DNA from: Candidatus Undinarchaeota archaeon
Lineage (GTDB): Archaea > SpSt-1190 > JASMDC01
Assembly: GCA_964519305.1 (NCBI GenBank)
Contig: CAZFHY010000013.1
Location: 1 to 64,000 of the forward strand
Reading direction: 5' to 3'
DNA: 64,000 nucleotides
A program made the position numbers and the translations under genes. The notes under the pieces are model-generated. The model saw only the letters and a program-made list of their open reading frames with translations. It searched no databases and had not been told where the DNA came from. This document shows positions 44,247 to 54,482 of the stretch, in pieces (the first letter of the stretch is position 1; the number at the start of each line of letters is the position of its first letter).

Positions 44247-45719
44247 TTGTCAGTACCTAATGGGGACAATACCTTGTATCTCTTAGAGAGGTGTCTACGG
44301 TGGAAGGTGGTTGCAGCGATTGCACTCCTCCTCGTAATGTCACCTCTTGCCCTTGCCATAGACTTCGAAGTCGTCGGCTGTGGGAACCAGATTTGTGATT
44401 TAGGTGAGAGCCCCGATCTCTGCTGTGAGGATTGCAAGTGTCCCGACGGGCAAGCCTGCACTCCGCTCGGCTGTGTTGGGATCGTTGAGATGGACTCGCT
44501 CGGGGTCGACAGATTGCTCACCAATGTATCCTACTCGGAGGGCACAGAACGGGCCATCGCTCAGGCACGTGGTTTCGCCGGTAACTTCGCCCTTGCCTTC
44601 TCCTGTGGTGAGTGCGTCATCCAGGTCCTCATCCCCAGCAAGGAGTTGAACGTGGCGTGCGACGAGTGCGCTGCGGGCATGGACTCATTCACTATGGGTT
44701 TCTTCTGGGTATTCGACGTGGAACGGGAGGAGTTCATTGCCTACTGTGGGGACTCCAACTGGCAGTGGGGCGAGTTCATCGTACCCAAGGAGATCGTGAT
44801 GTTCGGCTTCTTCCTCATGCTGATCGCCGTCATCTTCCACTTCCTTGGTGTCCACGGCCAGATCAAGGAGATAGAATCGCTGGAGTACGAGGGCACTCTG
44901 GAGAAGATACGAGGTCAGAGCCGTACATGGTTCGCCATCATGAAGCCTGTGTACGAGAAGGTCGCGAAGCTGAAGCGCGAGGGTGAGGGCAGCGACAGGT
45001 ACCTCATCCAGTTCAAGCTCACCGTAGCGGCCCTAGGATTCCTTTCATTTGTGCTGGCCGGGGCCGTAGCGTTCTTCCTCGCCTCCTATGCCCTTGGCGA
45101 GGGCATGGAGTGCGCCCACTTCGGGTTCAAGCTCGCGCTCGGATTCACGTGGGCCTATTTCCTCGTCATGTCCTTCTCCGAGGCCGTGACGTCCTTCGGT
45201 GTAGAGGAACTATCGGACGGGGACCTGGACAGCTATGTGTCAGGGATGAGCGACTCGGACAAGAATACCCTGTCCAAAGTCACATCCTCGGAAGAGGAAC
45301 GTGCTAATCCAGAGCAAGCTAAGGATTCTTCAGAGCAAAGGGGCGTATTGAAGGATCGCCTCAAGAAATCCATGGGCTGGACGAACATGAAGGGTTCGGG
45401 TAGCAAGAAGGAAATAGGATACTTCTACCTGGAGGACTTCATCGGACTCCCCAACTTCATAGCCAAACTGGTCATCGATCCATTCCGGCACCCCATCGGG
45501 CGGACCATCATCGTGCTGATGCTCTTCGATATATTCGACCCGATCCGCTGGGAGTGGACATACCTGCTCCAGCTCAACGGCATCGTGTTCGGCGCCTACC
45601 TCCTCCTATGTCTTGAGTGGGAGTTCAAGGGTATGCTCGTCACCGGCGCCGCCTATATCGCGGACCTGTTCTTCGGCGCATTCATGAAGATCGGTGGAAG
45701 GCTTTCCGGGCGCTCCTAG
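44247..45719 (+). CDS. Membrane protein with N-terminal Cys-rich extracellular domain
   Basis: Signal peptide-like VVAAIALLLVMSPLALA, CGNQICDLGE..CCEDC motif, several TM helices. Start codon is uncertain. Confidence 0.7.
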   Translation: MSVPNGDNTLYLLERCLRWKVVAAIALLLVMSPLALAIDFEVVGCGNQICDLGESPDLCCEDCKCPDGQACTPLGCVGIVEMDSLGVDRLLTNVSYSEGTERAIAQARGFAGNFALAFSCGECVIQVLIPSKELNVACDECAAGMDSFTMGFFWVFDVEREEFIAYCGDSNWQWGEFIVPKEIVMFGFFLMLIAVIFHFLGVHGQIKEIESLEYEGTLEKIRGQSRTWFAIMKPVYEKVAKLKREGEGSDRYLIQFKLTVAALGFLSFVLAGAVAFFLASYALGEGMECAHFGFKLALGFTWAYFLVMSFSEAVTSFGVEELSDGDLDSYVSGMSDSDKNTLSKVTSSEEERANPEQAKDSSEQRGVLKDRLKKSMGWTNMKGSGSKKEIGYFYLEDFIGLPNFIAKLVIDPFRHPIGRTIIVLMLFDIFDPIRWEWTYLLQLNGIVFGAYLLLCLEWEFKGMLVTGAAYIADLFFGAFMKIGGRLSGRS

Positions 45720-45731
45720 GGCGACCGGTAC

Positions 45732-46520
45732 TCACCACTCGTTGAGCGCTCCGACAGCAACTCCTACAGGACCCTCGTCGGGGAACGTGAACCGCGTCCC
45801 GAAGAGGCGCCCGACACGGTCCAGCACGGAGCGCAGTACGGGATTGGCCGCAGGTTTACCGAGCACGACTATGTCGTCCGGGCTGCCAGCGCGATGGGCC
45901 GCCTGGGACGCTACTGTGCCGACGACCTCGCCCACAAGTGTATGGATGGCAGCGGCCAGGTCCTCCGGTGTACGTGAGTCAAGCTTCCCCAGGTTCGCCG
46001 CGGTGATATCGGGGGTGAGGATACCCACACCCTCGTACCCCAGGTCACCTACAGTAAGGTCGACGCGTGTCGCGTCCCCGTTCTCAGCGAGCGCTTGGAG
46101 CGCGTCAGGATCCCCTTGATCGAGGATGAGGCGCCCGAGACCGACGAGGGTGGCCCCGCCGACGCCAGTACCACCAAGGTGGTTGTACACATCGTCATGG
46201 GCATGCACAAGGGCAGTTCCCGTGCCCATGCTCACGGCCAGGCAAGTGCTCTTCTCAGCAAGGCGCTGGGCCCCGCGCCCTATCGCGGTCATCTCATCGA
46301 CACCCGTCAGGGTTAGCTCCTCGTAGGACACACGGGCTGCCCGCGCCCCGGTGACGAAGAGGCGGCGCGGGATTCCGAACCGTTCACGCACTTCGTCCAG
46401 TACCCCAGTAGAGGCCTCTGGAGCATCGCTCCCTTGTAGCGTCCGTGAGACCAGGATGCGTCTACCTTCGGCGAGGAGCACGTCCGTGCAGCTCCCCCCT
46501 GCGTCTATCGCAGCATCCAT
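45732..46520 (-). CDS. coaW: Type II pantothenate kinase (CoaW/fumble-like)
   Basis: IDAGGS, DEMTAIGRG, SMGTGTA, HLGGTGVGGATLVGL, VDLTVGDL, TAANLGK. Confidence 0.85.
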   Translation of the reverse strand: MDAAIDAGGSCTDVLLAEGRRILVSRTLQGSDAPEASTGVLDEVRERFGIPRRLFVTGARAARVSYEELTLTGVDEMTAIGRGAQRLAEKSTCLAVSMGTGTALVHAHDDVYNHLGGTGVGGATLVGLGRLILDQGDPDALQALAENGDATRVDLTVGDLGYEGVGILTPDITAANLGKLDSRTPEDLAAAIHTLVGEVVGTVASQAAHRAGSPDDIVVLGKPAANPVLRSVLDRVGRLFGTRFTFPDEGPVGVAVGALNEW

Positions 46521-46627
46521 ACCACCCCCGAGGGGTCACACAAAGTATATATACAATGCATCCCACATATTCCGGTCCGGGGGTAGCGGGACGGACGTTG
46601 AAGGTGAGACCCTCTATTGGGAGAAAC

Positions 46628-47409
46628 ATGGGCTTGAGCTCGAGACTTACAACGATATAGTCGGGCGTCTCGAGGACCTCGAGAGCACATATGCCGACCA
46701 GATGAACGTCTACACATTCGGCACTTCCGCGAACGGCAAGGACCTTTACGGCGTTGATATCTACGCTGGCACCGGCAATCCCAAGGAGACAGTCTTCATC
46801 ACTGCGGGCCACCATGGGACCGAGGGTGGTGGGGTCGAGGCCGCCATGGAGTTCATCGAGAGCTACCTGGAGAGCGATACGCTCTTCGCCAAGCAGCTCA
46901 AGGAGCGTGTGCGTTTCACCATCGTCCCTTGCGTGAACGTCGACCAGTACGCCCTTGACCCTGTGGATAGGAAGTACAACAACTTCAACGACAGGGACCT
47001 CAACTCGCAGTACAACCGCCGGCGCGCCATCGAACCGGAGAGTAAAGCGGTAAAGGAGCTCTACCTCTCCATCGAGGAGCCGATCAACCTGGCTTTCGAC
47101 CTGCACGAGACCGACGGGGAGTGGGTCAAGGGATTCTCGATATTCGAGAACAAGCCCTACCGTCGCCGCATACTCAACCATGCTGCCCACGCAGCAGATA
47201 AGGTCTCAAAGCAGTACCCCCTCCACAGTAATGGCGTCATCCACGACGTCAATCCGTCCTGCTTCGACGGATTCGCCTGTGGTGAGGGCGCCTATGCTTA
47301 CACGTTCGAAGCGCCCTTGAGCAAGAAGTTCGCTCTCGAGGACCGCGTTGAGATGCAGCTCATCGCACTGGACGATATCATCGCCCAGTACTACAAGGCG
47401 CGCGTATAG
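46628..47409 (+). CDS. M14 zinc carboxypeptidase / succinylglutamate desuccinylase family protein (start anomalous)
   Basis: GTSANGKDL, TAGHHGTE (HxxE), VPCVNVD, DLN, DLHE, YTFE. The first in-frame ATG is 46702, but M14-like sequence starts near 46640. Confidence 0.8.
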
Positions 47410-47421
47410 TACCTCGTCCGT

Positions 47422-47898
47422 CTACTTGAAGGACTCTTCTGCCCTGATGTCCCTACCACCCTCGGTCTCCAGTACCGTGTGGTCGATGGCGGACGTGGTC
47501 AACATGTGCACGAGGACCTTGCGGAAGCCCGGGCCTGCGCACTCCATGAGGAAGATGCGCCGGTCGTGACCGATGAGGAGCTGCCCCCCCGCCACAGGTA
47601 TGCTGCAGGTTACGCCTGTCAGTGCTGCGGCGAAGGCCGGTCGGCTCGCTTCCGTCTCTAGCTTGCGGATCTCGGTTGCAGTGGAACCCACTGCCCCAAG
47701 TAGCCCGCCCACGCCCCGGATGAGGTCGGGTTCGTTCTCAAGGATCAGGATACCGCAGGATGAGGAAGATGATACGAGGGTCAGGACACCATGCTCGATC
47801 TCACGCTCGCGGATCACCTTGCCTATTTGAGGGGTGATATCCACCATCCCCCGCTCGAAGGAGGTCTCGATCTCGATCGCAGTGCTCTCCACCCGCAT
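47422..47898 (-). CDS. YjbQ (UPF0047) family protein, divergent
   Basis: MVDITPQI, SSCGILILENEPDL, SIPVAGGQLLIG...IFLME..GP..RKV. Confidence 0.8.
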   Translation of the reverse strand: MRVESTAIEIETSFERGMVDITPQIGKVIREREIEHGVLTLVSSSSSCGILILENEPDLIRGVGGLLGAVGSTATEIRKLETEASRPAFAAALTGVTCSIPVAGGQLLIGHDRRIFLMECAGPGFRKVLVHMLTTSAIDHTVLETEGGRDIRAEESFK

Positions 47899-47952
47899 GG
47901 ACCATGCACGACGGTCAAATGTTTTATGTTTGTCCTCCTCTCTGAGGATGCC

Positions 47953-48558
47953 ATGGGCACGTTCATACCAGCGCTCAAGAGGTACGAGACTGAAATAGAG
48001 CGTGTAGGCCCGACCATCACCATCAGTGGCCCGGCGGCAAGTGGCAAGTCCTCGGCGGCCAAGGGCGTGGCCAAGCTCCTGGGTATGAAGCATGTTTCCA
48101 TGGGCGTGGTGTTCCGGGAGATGGCCACTGAGCAGGGATTGGCGTTGGACGAGTTCCTGGCGAAGTCCACCGCCGACTTCCACGAGCGGGCCGATGCGCG
48201 CCAGCTCGAGTACGCCATGCGAGGCGGTGTGGTCATCGAGGGCCGGCTCGGCGCCTGGGTCGCCGGCGATCATGCCCAGATGCGCTTCTGGTTAACAGCT
48301 CCTTTGAGAGAGCGCGGACGTCGTGCCGCGGGTCGCGAGGGTCTCTCCCTTGACGACGCCGTCCGCTCCGTGCGCAAACGCGATGCCATCGATGTGGGCA
48401 ACTACAAGAGGATCTACGGGTTCGACTTCACATCGCTAGAGCCCTACAATTACGTTGTCTCCAACCACCTCTACGACCTTAATGGGACGGTCGACATCCT
48501 CGCCTACCTCGTCCGCAAGGCCAAGGACCGCCTGCCCGCCTCCGACACATTGAAATAG
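47953..48558 (+). CDS. cmk: Archaeal-type cytidylate kinase
   Basis: ITISGPAASGKSS, VSMGVVFREMA, VIEGRL, YKRIYG. Confidence 0.9.
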   Translation: MGTFIPALKRYETEIERVGPTITISGPAASGKSSAAKGVAKLLGMKHVSMGVVFREMATEQGLALDEFLAKSTADFHERADARQLEYAMRGGVVIEGRLGAWVAGDHAQMRFWLTAPLRERGRRAAGREGLSLDDAVRSVRKRDAIDVGNYKRIYGFDFTSLEPYNYVVSNHLYDLNGTVDILAYLVRKAKDRLPASDTLK

Positions 48559-48583
48559 GTTGCGCTCCCCCAGAAATCCGGAC

Positions 48584-48864
48584 GGGAGGGGAAGGACGGC
48601 TCTCGGGGTACTCCTGAGGAAGGTCCTCCCACGTCAGGCAGTCCAGCCTTCGGGTCGGGGCGAGAGTCCTGCGTCCGGTAGCAGAAACGTAACGTTCCCG
48701 CCGCCATCCAACGCATGATCCCTCACGGGTGACGGGTGGAGGGGACGGTGAAACGGCCCGGGCGTGGATAGGTGCAAGCTCCCTGGTAGCGGGGTAGCCT
48801 GATCCCGTTGGGAATAAGCGCTCAGCTGAATGCCGTCTAGAACAGAAGGAGGCCTACTCTCCCC
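48584..48864 (+). ncRNA. rnpB: Archaeal RNase P RNA (type A architecture)
   Basis: CR-I GAGGAAGGTCCTCCCAC pairs with CR-V AACAGAAGGAGGCCTAC (P4 with bulged U). Also P2 GACGGC/GCCGTC, CAGAAAC, GGTGAAACGG, GTGCAAG, P6 GTCAGG/CCTGAT and P1 GGGAGGG/CTCTCCC. Confidence 0.93.
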
Positions 48865-48866
48865 AC

Positions 48867-48902
48867 CCGTCCACCCTCCTTCACGGAATAGAGGGTGGAC
48901 GG
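48867..48902. terminator. 12-bp perfect hairpin between convergent rnpB and glyS
   Basis: CCGTCCACCCTC-N12-GAGGGTGGACGG. Confidence 0.65.
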
Positions 48903-48913
48903 ATGGTGAATAT

Positions 48914-50674
48914 CTATTCCTCGCAGGCCACACACAATCCGCAGGGACTGCAACCGGCTTCCACATCACCCTCGCCAGAGAGGAGGACTCCAAGAACGAG
49001 CGGGAGATCGTCCACAGGGACGCGCTCCTGCTTTTTCGAGTCTCGCTCGCGGAGGGTGACGGTCCCGTCGTCCAGGGTCTGAGCGTCCACGGTGATCCCG
49101 AAGGGCACACCAATCTCATCGCACCGGGCGTACCGCCGGCCGATGGACCCTCCGTCATCGTAGACCACATCGAGCCCCGAGTCACGGAGCGCTTCCTCTA
49201 TGGCCTTCGCAAGCTCAGGAAGACCGTCCCGGTTCACAAGGGGGAACACACCGCAGGAGATGGGTGCTAAATGAGGAGCAAGGGCCAGATATGTGCGGTC
49301 CTCCTCCTCCTTCAGAGCATGTTCCAGAACGCACCAGAGTATACGACCCACTCCATAGGACGGCTCGACCACATGAGGGACTATATGCTCGCCAGCGACC
49401 TTCTCCTCGACCTCGCGCACCTCGATGAAGGGGATCATGTCCACCATCTCGCCACCGATCTTGGCCTCGAGCGAGTTCCCGGCGTCCTTCGCCGTCACAA
49501 GGTCGGCGTTGCGTTCCTTGATGAACTCGAGCGCATCCTTGGCGGCCGATTTGAACTGCTTGCCCAGAGCACCCTTATCAGGGACTGCCTTGCGCACCCT
49601 CTCGATCTTCGGTTCGTCATAGGGGAGGAACACGGTAAGGTCCTTTCCGCTCACACGGGTGTGACTGGAAAGGTCGTAGTCCGTTCGGTAGGCATGCCCG
49701 GCTATCTCCACCCACCCGTAGGAGGTCTCGATCTCCACGTCCCATGTGTCCCGGGAGTAGTGGGCCTTCTCATCAGGGAGCTGCTGGCGGAACCGTACAG
49801 CCTCCCATGGGAGGCCGAGGGCCAGGAGGAAGAACTTGCAGATGGTGAGGTAGTAGCCTAGGTAGGGATTGTCGATGATGCCCTTGTCGACCGCCTCGCC
49901 GGCGGGCATCTCCACGATGACACCGTCCTGCTTGAGCTGCTCTTCCCTGGTGAAGAGGCGCAGGGTCTCGTCCCGGACGGTGTCGAACCGTGGATGGGTG
50001 CCGATATTCCGTCCGTCGAGGAACACCTCGGCCTCCATCTGGGTGAACTCACGTACACGGAGCAACCCCTGACGCGGGGATATCTCGTTCCGGTAGGCCT
50101 TGCCGATCTGGATGATGCTGAAAGGGAGCCGGGGACGCATGGTGCGCATGATGCGGTTGAATGCGACGAACATACCCTGTGCAGTCTCAGGACGGGCGTA
50201 TGCCGTGGCGCCGCCCGCTGAGGTGGAACCGATCGATGTGCGGAACATGAGGTTGAAGTAACGGATGGGGCCCAGCCCTCCGCCGCACTCGGGGCACACG
50301 ATGCCCTCGTCTGTGATGAGCGCGTCCATCTCCTCGGTCGGTATGCCTTCCACGTTGCGTCCAACTGCCTCTTCGATGACGTGGTCCGCACGGAAGGACT
50401 TCTTGCAGGACGCACAGTCCGTTAGAGGATCATGGAACTTCGCCACATGACCGGAGGCCACGAAAACGACCTCGGGCATGATTGTGGGCGTGTCGATCTC
50501 GTACCCGCCCTCCTGGACAACGAAGAGCTCGCGCCACAGGTCCTTGATCCCGCGCTCGAGGGACACACCTAGGGGACCAAGGTCGTAGAACCCGCCCACG
50601 CCCCCGTAGATCTCGCAAGAGCGCCAGAGGTAGCCCCTGCGTACACAAATGTCCATGATCTTGTCAGCATCCAT
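48914..50674 (-). CDS. glyS: Glycine--tRNA ligase (alpha2, archaeal/eukaryotic type)
   Basis: EIYGG..GFYDLGPLG, ASGHV..F.DP, RPETAQG, RNEISPRQG..RVREFTQME, EPSYG, IGRRYARCDEIG. Start placed at MDADKIM. Confidence 0.97.
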   Translation of the reverse strand: MDADKIMDICVRRGYLWRSCEIYGGVGGFYDLGPLGVSLERGIKDLWRELFVVQEGGYEIDTPTIMPEVVFVASGHVAKFHDPLTDCASCKKSFRADHVIEEAVGRNVEGIPTEEMDALITDEGIVCPECGGGLGPIRYFNLMFRTSIGSTSAGGATAYARPETAQGMFVAFNRIMRTMRPRLPFSIIQIGKAYRNEISPRQGLLRVREFTQMEAEVFLDGRNIGTHPRFDTVRDETLRLFTREEQLKQDGVIVEMPAGEAVDKGIIDNPYLGYYLTICKFFLLALGLPWEAVRFRQQLPDEKAHYSRDTWDVEIETSYGWVEIAGHAYRTDYDLSSHTRVSGKDLTVFLPYDEPKIERVRKAVPDKGALGKQFKSAAKDALEFIKERNADLVTAKDAGNSLEAKIGGEMVDMIPFIEVREVEEKVAGEHIVPHVVEPSYGVGRILWCVLEHALKEEEDRTYLALAPHLAPISCGVFPLVNRDGLPELAKAIEEALRDSGLDVVYDDGGSIGRRYARCDEIGVPFGITVDAQTLDDGTVTLRERDSKKQERVPVDDLPLVLGVLLSGEGDVEAGCSPCGLCVACEE

Positions 50675-50731
50675 GTTCGGCACCGTTAGAATCAGGTTCT
50701 TGGATAAGGTTTTTAAAATACTCGACAGGGC

Positions 50732-53524
50732 ATGGGGGATATGGCGCGCAAGGCGAAGGGGAAGCGAAAGGGCATAGCCGATAAGGAGGTGCCAAAAACG
50801 AAGAACGCGGCCCCGAAAGCCAAGCCCCTCAGGAAATCCCATTCCCGCACCGTGCGCGAGGAGGGCGGTATCGCTGAGCTAACTGCCGTTGTGAAGAGAA
50901 CTGGCCTCTACCAACCCGCGCTCCTTCGTTATGCCTGGATCCCCCTGCTGATGGTCATCGTGTTCACAGGCCTCTGGCTCAGGATGTCACCAGTGAACTA
51001 CCGTCTGACCGCTTACGATCCGTTCTTCATGGTCCGGATGTCACGGGACGTGGCGGATACGGGCGCCATGCCCCCCATAGACACACGTGCTTACTTCCCC
51101 CTCGGCCGTGATACGGGCACTACTCGCATCCTTACACCACTTGTCATCGCAAAGCTCCACGGCGTGCTCTCCTATCTCAATCCTTCGTACACCGTTGAGA
51201 CGAGCGCCAAGATGTATCCTGCCGTCTTGGGCGGGCTCACTCTTCTGGCCTTCTTCTTCTTCGCCGCCGAACTGTTCTCGACGGAGACGGCCTTGCTTGC
51301 CACCTTCCTCCTCGGTACGGTCCAGGGTTTCCTATACCGTACGTCTGCGAACTTCTCGGACAAGGAGGGCGTTGCCATCCTCCTAATGGCTTTATGCCTC
51401 TGGTTCTTTGCCAAGGCGCTCAATGCCAAGGAAAGGAGACTGTGGTTGGCGTACTCGGGCCTCTCGGGCCTCACACTTGGTCTTATGGGTTATGCGTGGG
51501 GAGGGTACCGCCTCAACTACCTCTCGATCTCATGCTTCTTCCTGTTCCAGACACTACGTATGCGTATCTCGCGTCGTCACCTGGAGATGTTCGGTGTGTT
51601 CATCATCGCAACTTCGGCCCTTATCATCGGTTCCTATTCCACATACATCCTCAAGGACTCGCCTGGGCTCTTCGCCTATGGCACCTTCGTGTTCGCCCTC
51701 GTCTCCGTCTATATCAAGGAGCGTAAGGTGTTCACGACCCCCTGGCTCCAGCTCTTCTCAGCAGCGGTGATCACCTTCAGCATCGGGATGGTGGGCCTCT
51801 TCATCATCTCCAACGGGAATCCCACTGGCCTAATCAAGCCCACGATCAACACAATCATGGGCGTGAAGATGCAGGAGGGCGACGTCCACCGATGGTCGGT
51901 AGGCGAGCAGCAGCGACCTGTCTGGGCCTGGCCGTTCACGTCCGGGTGGAAGACTTCCGAGGGGAGCACCTGGTGGGGCCACCAGAAGTTCCTGTTCCCG
52001 CTCTTCTTAATCGGGCTCATCGTGGCCCTCGCCGAGGGGCATATGCTGGATAACGAGCATGCGGTGTTCGCCGGGGCGTTCATGCTCATGTCCTTCTTCG
52101 TGAGCTTCCTCATGGTGCGTCTCCACTTCCCGCTCTGCGTGCCCGCTGCGCTCCTTAGCGCCTACGTGCTGCGACGTGCCTGGGGACCCACTGTACCTCA
52201 GAATGAGGACGAGGAGGGTTTCATGTTCAGTCACTATGTCTCGCTCGCCTTCATCGTGTTCGTCATCCCACTCACCATCCTTGCGACCCTGCACACAGGA
52301 GGCGCTAACGCCACTGTATCCCCGGAACTGTCCGAGTCGGCCTACGTGCTCCACGGCTGGGCGACAAGGAACATGAGCGATTATGTGTCGAACCTCGGTT
52401 CCACCGAGTCGTTGGCAGACACACTTACCAGTGTGTTCGTGCTTTCCTGGCTCGTTTTCTACCTGGCGCTTCTGGTGTCCTACGTCAGGAGCGTCGAGCT
52501 CCGTAACTTCGCCAAGAAGCTCATCATCGCCTTCTTCATGTTCTGCCTCTGTAGCTACACGCTCATCGACGGGTACGCGTTCGCTTCTGGCCTGAACTCA
52601 TCAATGGACCCTGACTGGCTTGACAGCCTTCTCTGGCTCAAGCATCATTCGCCCGACGATGCGATCGTCATGACCTGGTGGGACTACGGTTACTGGATCC
52701 AGTACGTGGCCAACCGCACAACAGTGACGGACGGGGAGAACCGCATCTCCAACTGGAACGTGGACATGGGCCAGTTCTTCCAGAAGACCAACGCTGACGA
52801 CTTCTTCTCCTTCCGCAAGTGCGCTCCTGACGCATACCCCTTCTGCAATTTCGTGCACGCCAACACCGGTGCTGGCGAGGTGTTCATGGACTATCACACC
52901 CTCGATCCGGACACCGGGAAGCGACGACCCGCCTACATAATCATCGACAACACGCTCATCGGCAAGTTCTACTGGGTCACCAAGATCGGTGATAACTGCA
53001 TCGCTACAAAGTGCGGGACCCAGTTCCAGTACTTCCCCATAGCCAAGACGTCCGAGAACCCGGAGGACCAGCGCCTCGGAGCTGGCGTCTACATGAACTA
53101 TATCTACAAGCGGCTGCCCAATGGTGATGTTTCGCAGAAGGTCGCCCAGATCAACCTCATGTTCGACACACAGCACGGGGGATACATCCCCATCATCCTT
53201 GTAGGGGGCATCACGCCCGAAGGACAGTTCCGTATCGAGGAGGAAGCCATCATCGGCAAGTACATGGTGGCCGGCAGTCCGACCATATTCGAGACCCAAG
53301 GGATCAAAGAGGACGCCAACGTATTCCCCGGCATGGTCATTATCGCACGAAGCTCCGATCCACGACGGGGTGCCCTGTACTATGTAGAGGAGAAGACCGT
53401 GGACATGCTCTTCACAAACCTCTACTTCAGGGACGGGGTCGGCGTAGACTGGGTGGAGAAGGTGCACGACTCCAAACCCTACGGGACCGTGAAGGTATTT
53501 AAGATAAAATACCCAGAAGCCTAG
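50732..53524 (+). CDS. aglB: Archaeal oligosaccharyltransferase AglB (STT3 family)
   Basis: YDPFF, FSDKE, SVGEQ, WWDYGYWI, RTTVTDG, DNTLIGK, 13 or more TM helices. Start is 50732 or 50741. Confidence 0.95.
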   Translation: MGDMARKAKGKRKGIADKEVPKTKNAAPKAKPLRKSHSRTVREEGGIAELTAVVKRTGLYQPALLRYAWIPLLMVIVFTGLWLRMSPVNYRLTAYDPFFMVRMSRDVADTGAMPPIDTRAYFPLGRDTGTTRILTPLVIAKLHGVLSYLNPSYTVETSAKMYPAVLGGLTLLAFFFFAAELFSTETALLATFLLGTVQGFLYRTSANFSDKEGVAILLMALCLWFFAKALNAKERRLWLAYSGLSGLTLGLMGYAWGGYRLNYLSISCFFLFQTLRMRISRRHLEMFGVFIIATSALIIGSYSTYILKDSPGLFAYGTFVFALVSVYIKERKVFTTPWLQLFSAAVITFSIGMVGLFIISNGNPTGLIKPTINTIMGVKMQEGDVHRWSVGEQQRPVWAWPFTSGWKTSEGSTWWGHQKFLFPLFLIGLIVALAEGHMLDNEHAVFAGAFMLMSFFVSFLMVRLHFPLCVPAALLSAYVLRRAWGPTVPQNEDEEGFMFSHYVSLAFIVFVIPLTILATLHTGGANATVSPELSESAYVLHGWATRNMSDYVSNLGSTESLADTLTSVFVLSWLVFYLALLVSYVRSVELRNFAKKLIIAFFMFCLCSYTLIDGYAFASGLNSSMDPDWLDSLLWLKHHSPDDAIVMTWWDYGYWIQYVANRTTVTDGENRISNWNVDMGQFFQKTNADDFFSFRKCAPDAYPFCNFVHANTGAGEVFMDYHTLDPDTGKRRPAYIIIDNTLIGKFYWVTKIGDNCIATKCGTQFQYFPIAKTSENPEDQRLGAGVYMNYIYKRLPNGDVSQKVAQINLMFDTQHGGYIPIILVGGITPEGQFRIEEEAIIGKYMVAGSPTIFETQGIKEDANVFPGMVIIARSSDPRRGALYYVEEKTVDMLFTNLYFRDGVGVDWVEKVHDSKPYGTVKVFKIKYPEA

Positions 53525-53528
53525 TCCC

Positions 53529-54479
53529 ATGGAGCTTGCGGTCTGCCTGGCGGTCTCCTTCGTAGTCACATACCTAGCCGTCCACTTCTACATCCCGCGG
53601 GCCATTAAAGCGGGCATCACCGGTAAGGACATGAACAAGCGCGACAAGCCGGAGGTCGCCGAGATGGGCGGGCTCGCCGTAGTGGCCGGGTTCCTGGTGG
53701 CCTACCTCCTTGTCATTTACAATGCTCCGGCCGAGACACTTCCCGACCACCTCGCGAGCCTGGCCACCATCCTCGTGGTCACCATCGTAGGGATGGTGGA
53801 CGACCTATTCGACATGCGTCAGAGCGTGAAGGCCGTGCTCCCCGTGCTGGCCTCGCTCCCCTTGGCGGCGATCAAGGCCGGTACGCATATCATGTACTTC
53901 CCCATTTATGGTGCGGTATATCTCGGGGACGCCTATCCATTGCTACTGGTCCCCCTGGGGATCACAGGTGCCGCCAACGCATTCAACATGCTCGGAGGCA
54001 TTAACGGGCTGGAGGCAGGGATGGGCATCATCTCGTGTGTCACTGTGCTCGTGTGCGCGGTCATCGCGGAGCGGACCGCGTCTGCCCTGCTCATGGCGTG
54101 CATGGTGGGTGCTCTTTGCGCCTTCTACTTATTCAACCGTTACCCGTCCAAGGTGTTCCCCGGTGATGTGGGCACACTGACCATCGGCGCCGCCATCGCA
54201 GCAGCGGTGATCATCGGGAACATGGAGCGTGTTGGACTGTTCGTGGTTACGCTCTACTTCGCCGAGCTCGTGCTCAAAGCAAGGACCGGGTTCAAGGCCC
54301 AGTGCTTCGGCACACCCACACGCGATGGTCTCGAGCCGCCGGAGGACATCGGCTCCCTCACCCATATCGTGATGCGCCACACTACCGACGAACCTCGAGT
54401 GGCCTATACCCTGTTCGTCATCCAGGCTCTGCTCTGCTCTCTTGTGGTCATGAACGTGTACCTGACCTACGGAGTGTAG
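53529..54479 (+). CDS. aglH: UDP-GlcNAc:dolichyl-phosphate GlcNAc-1-P transferase (AglH/GPT, MraY-like)
   Basis: GKDMNK, EMGG, GMVDD, NAFNMLGGINGLE, FNRYPSKVFPGDVG. Confidence 0.9.
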   Translation: MELAVCLAVSFVVTYLAVHFYIPRAIKAGITGKDMNKRDKPEVAEMGGLAVVAGFLVAYLLVIYNAPAETLPDHLASLATILVVTIVGMVDDLFDMRQSVKAVLPVLASLPLAAIKAGTHIMYFPIYGAVYLGDAYPLLLVPLGITGAANAFNMLGGINGLEAGMGIISCVTVLVCAVIAERTASALLMACMVGALCAFYLFNRYPSKVFPGDVGTLTIGAAIAAAVIIGNMERVGLFVVTLYFAELVLKARTGFKAQCFGTPTRDGLEPPEDIGSLTHIVMRHTTDEPRVAYTLFVIQALLCSLVVMNVYLTYGV

Positions 54480-54482
54480 GCA

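Noticed and set aside
48634-49270. ORFs overlapping the cmk-glyS gap
   Set aside because: The region is explained by the RNase P RNA and the glyS 3' end.
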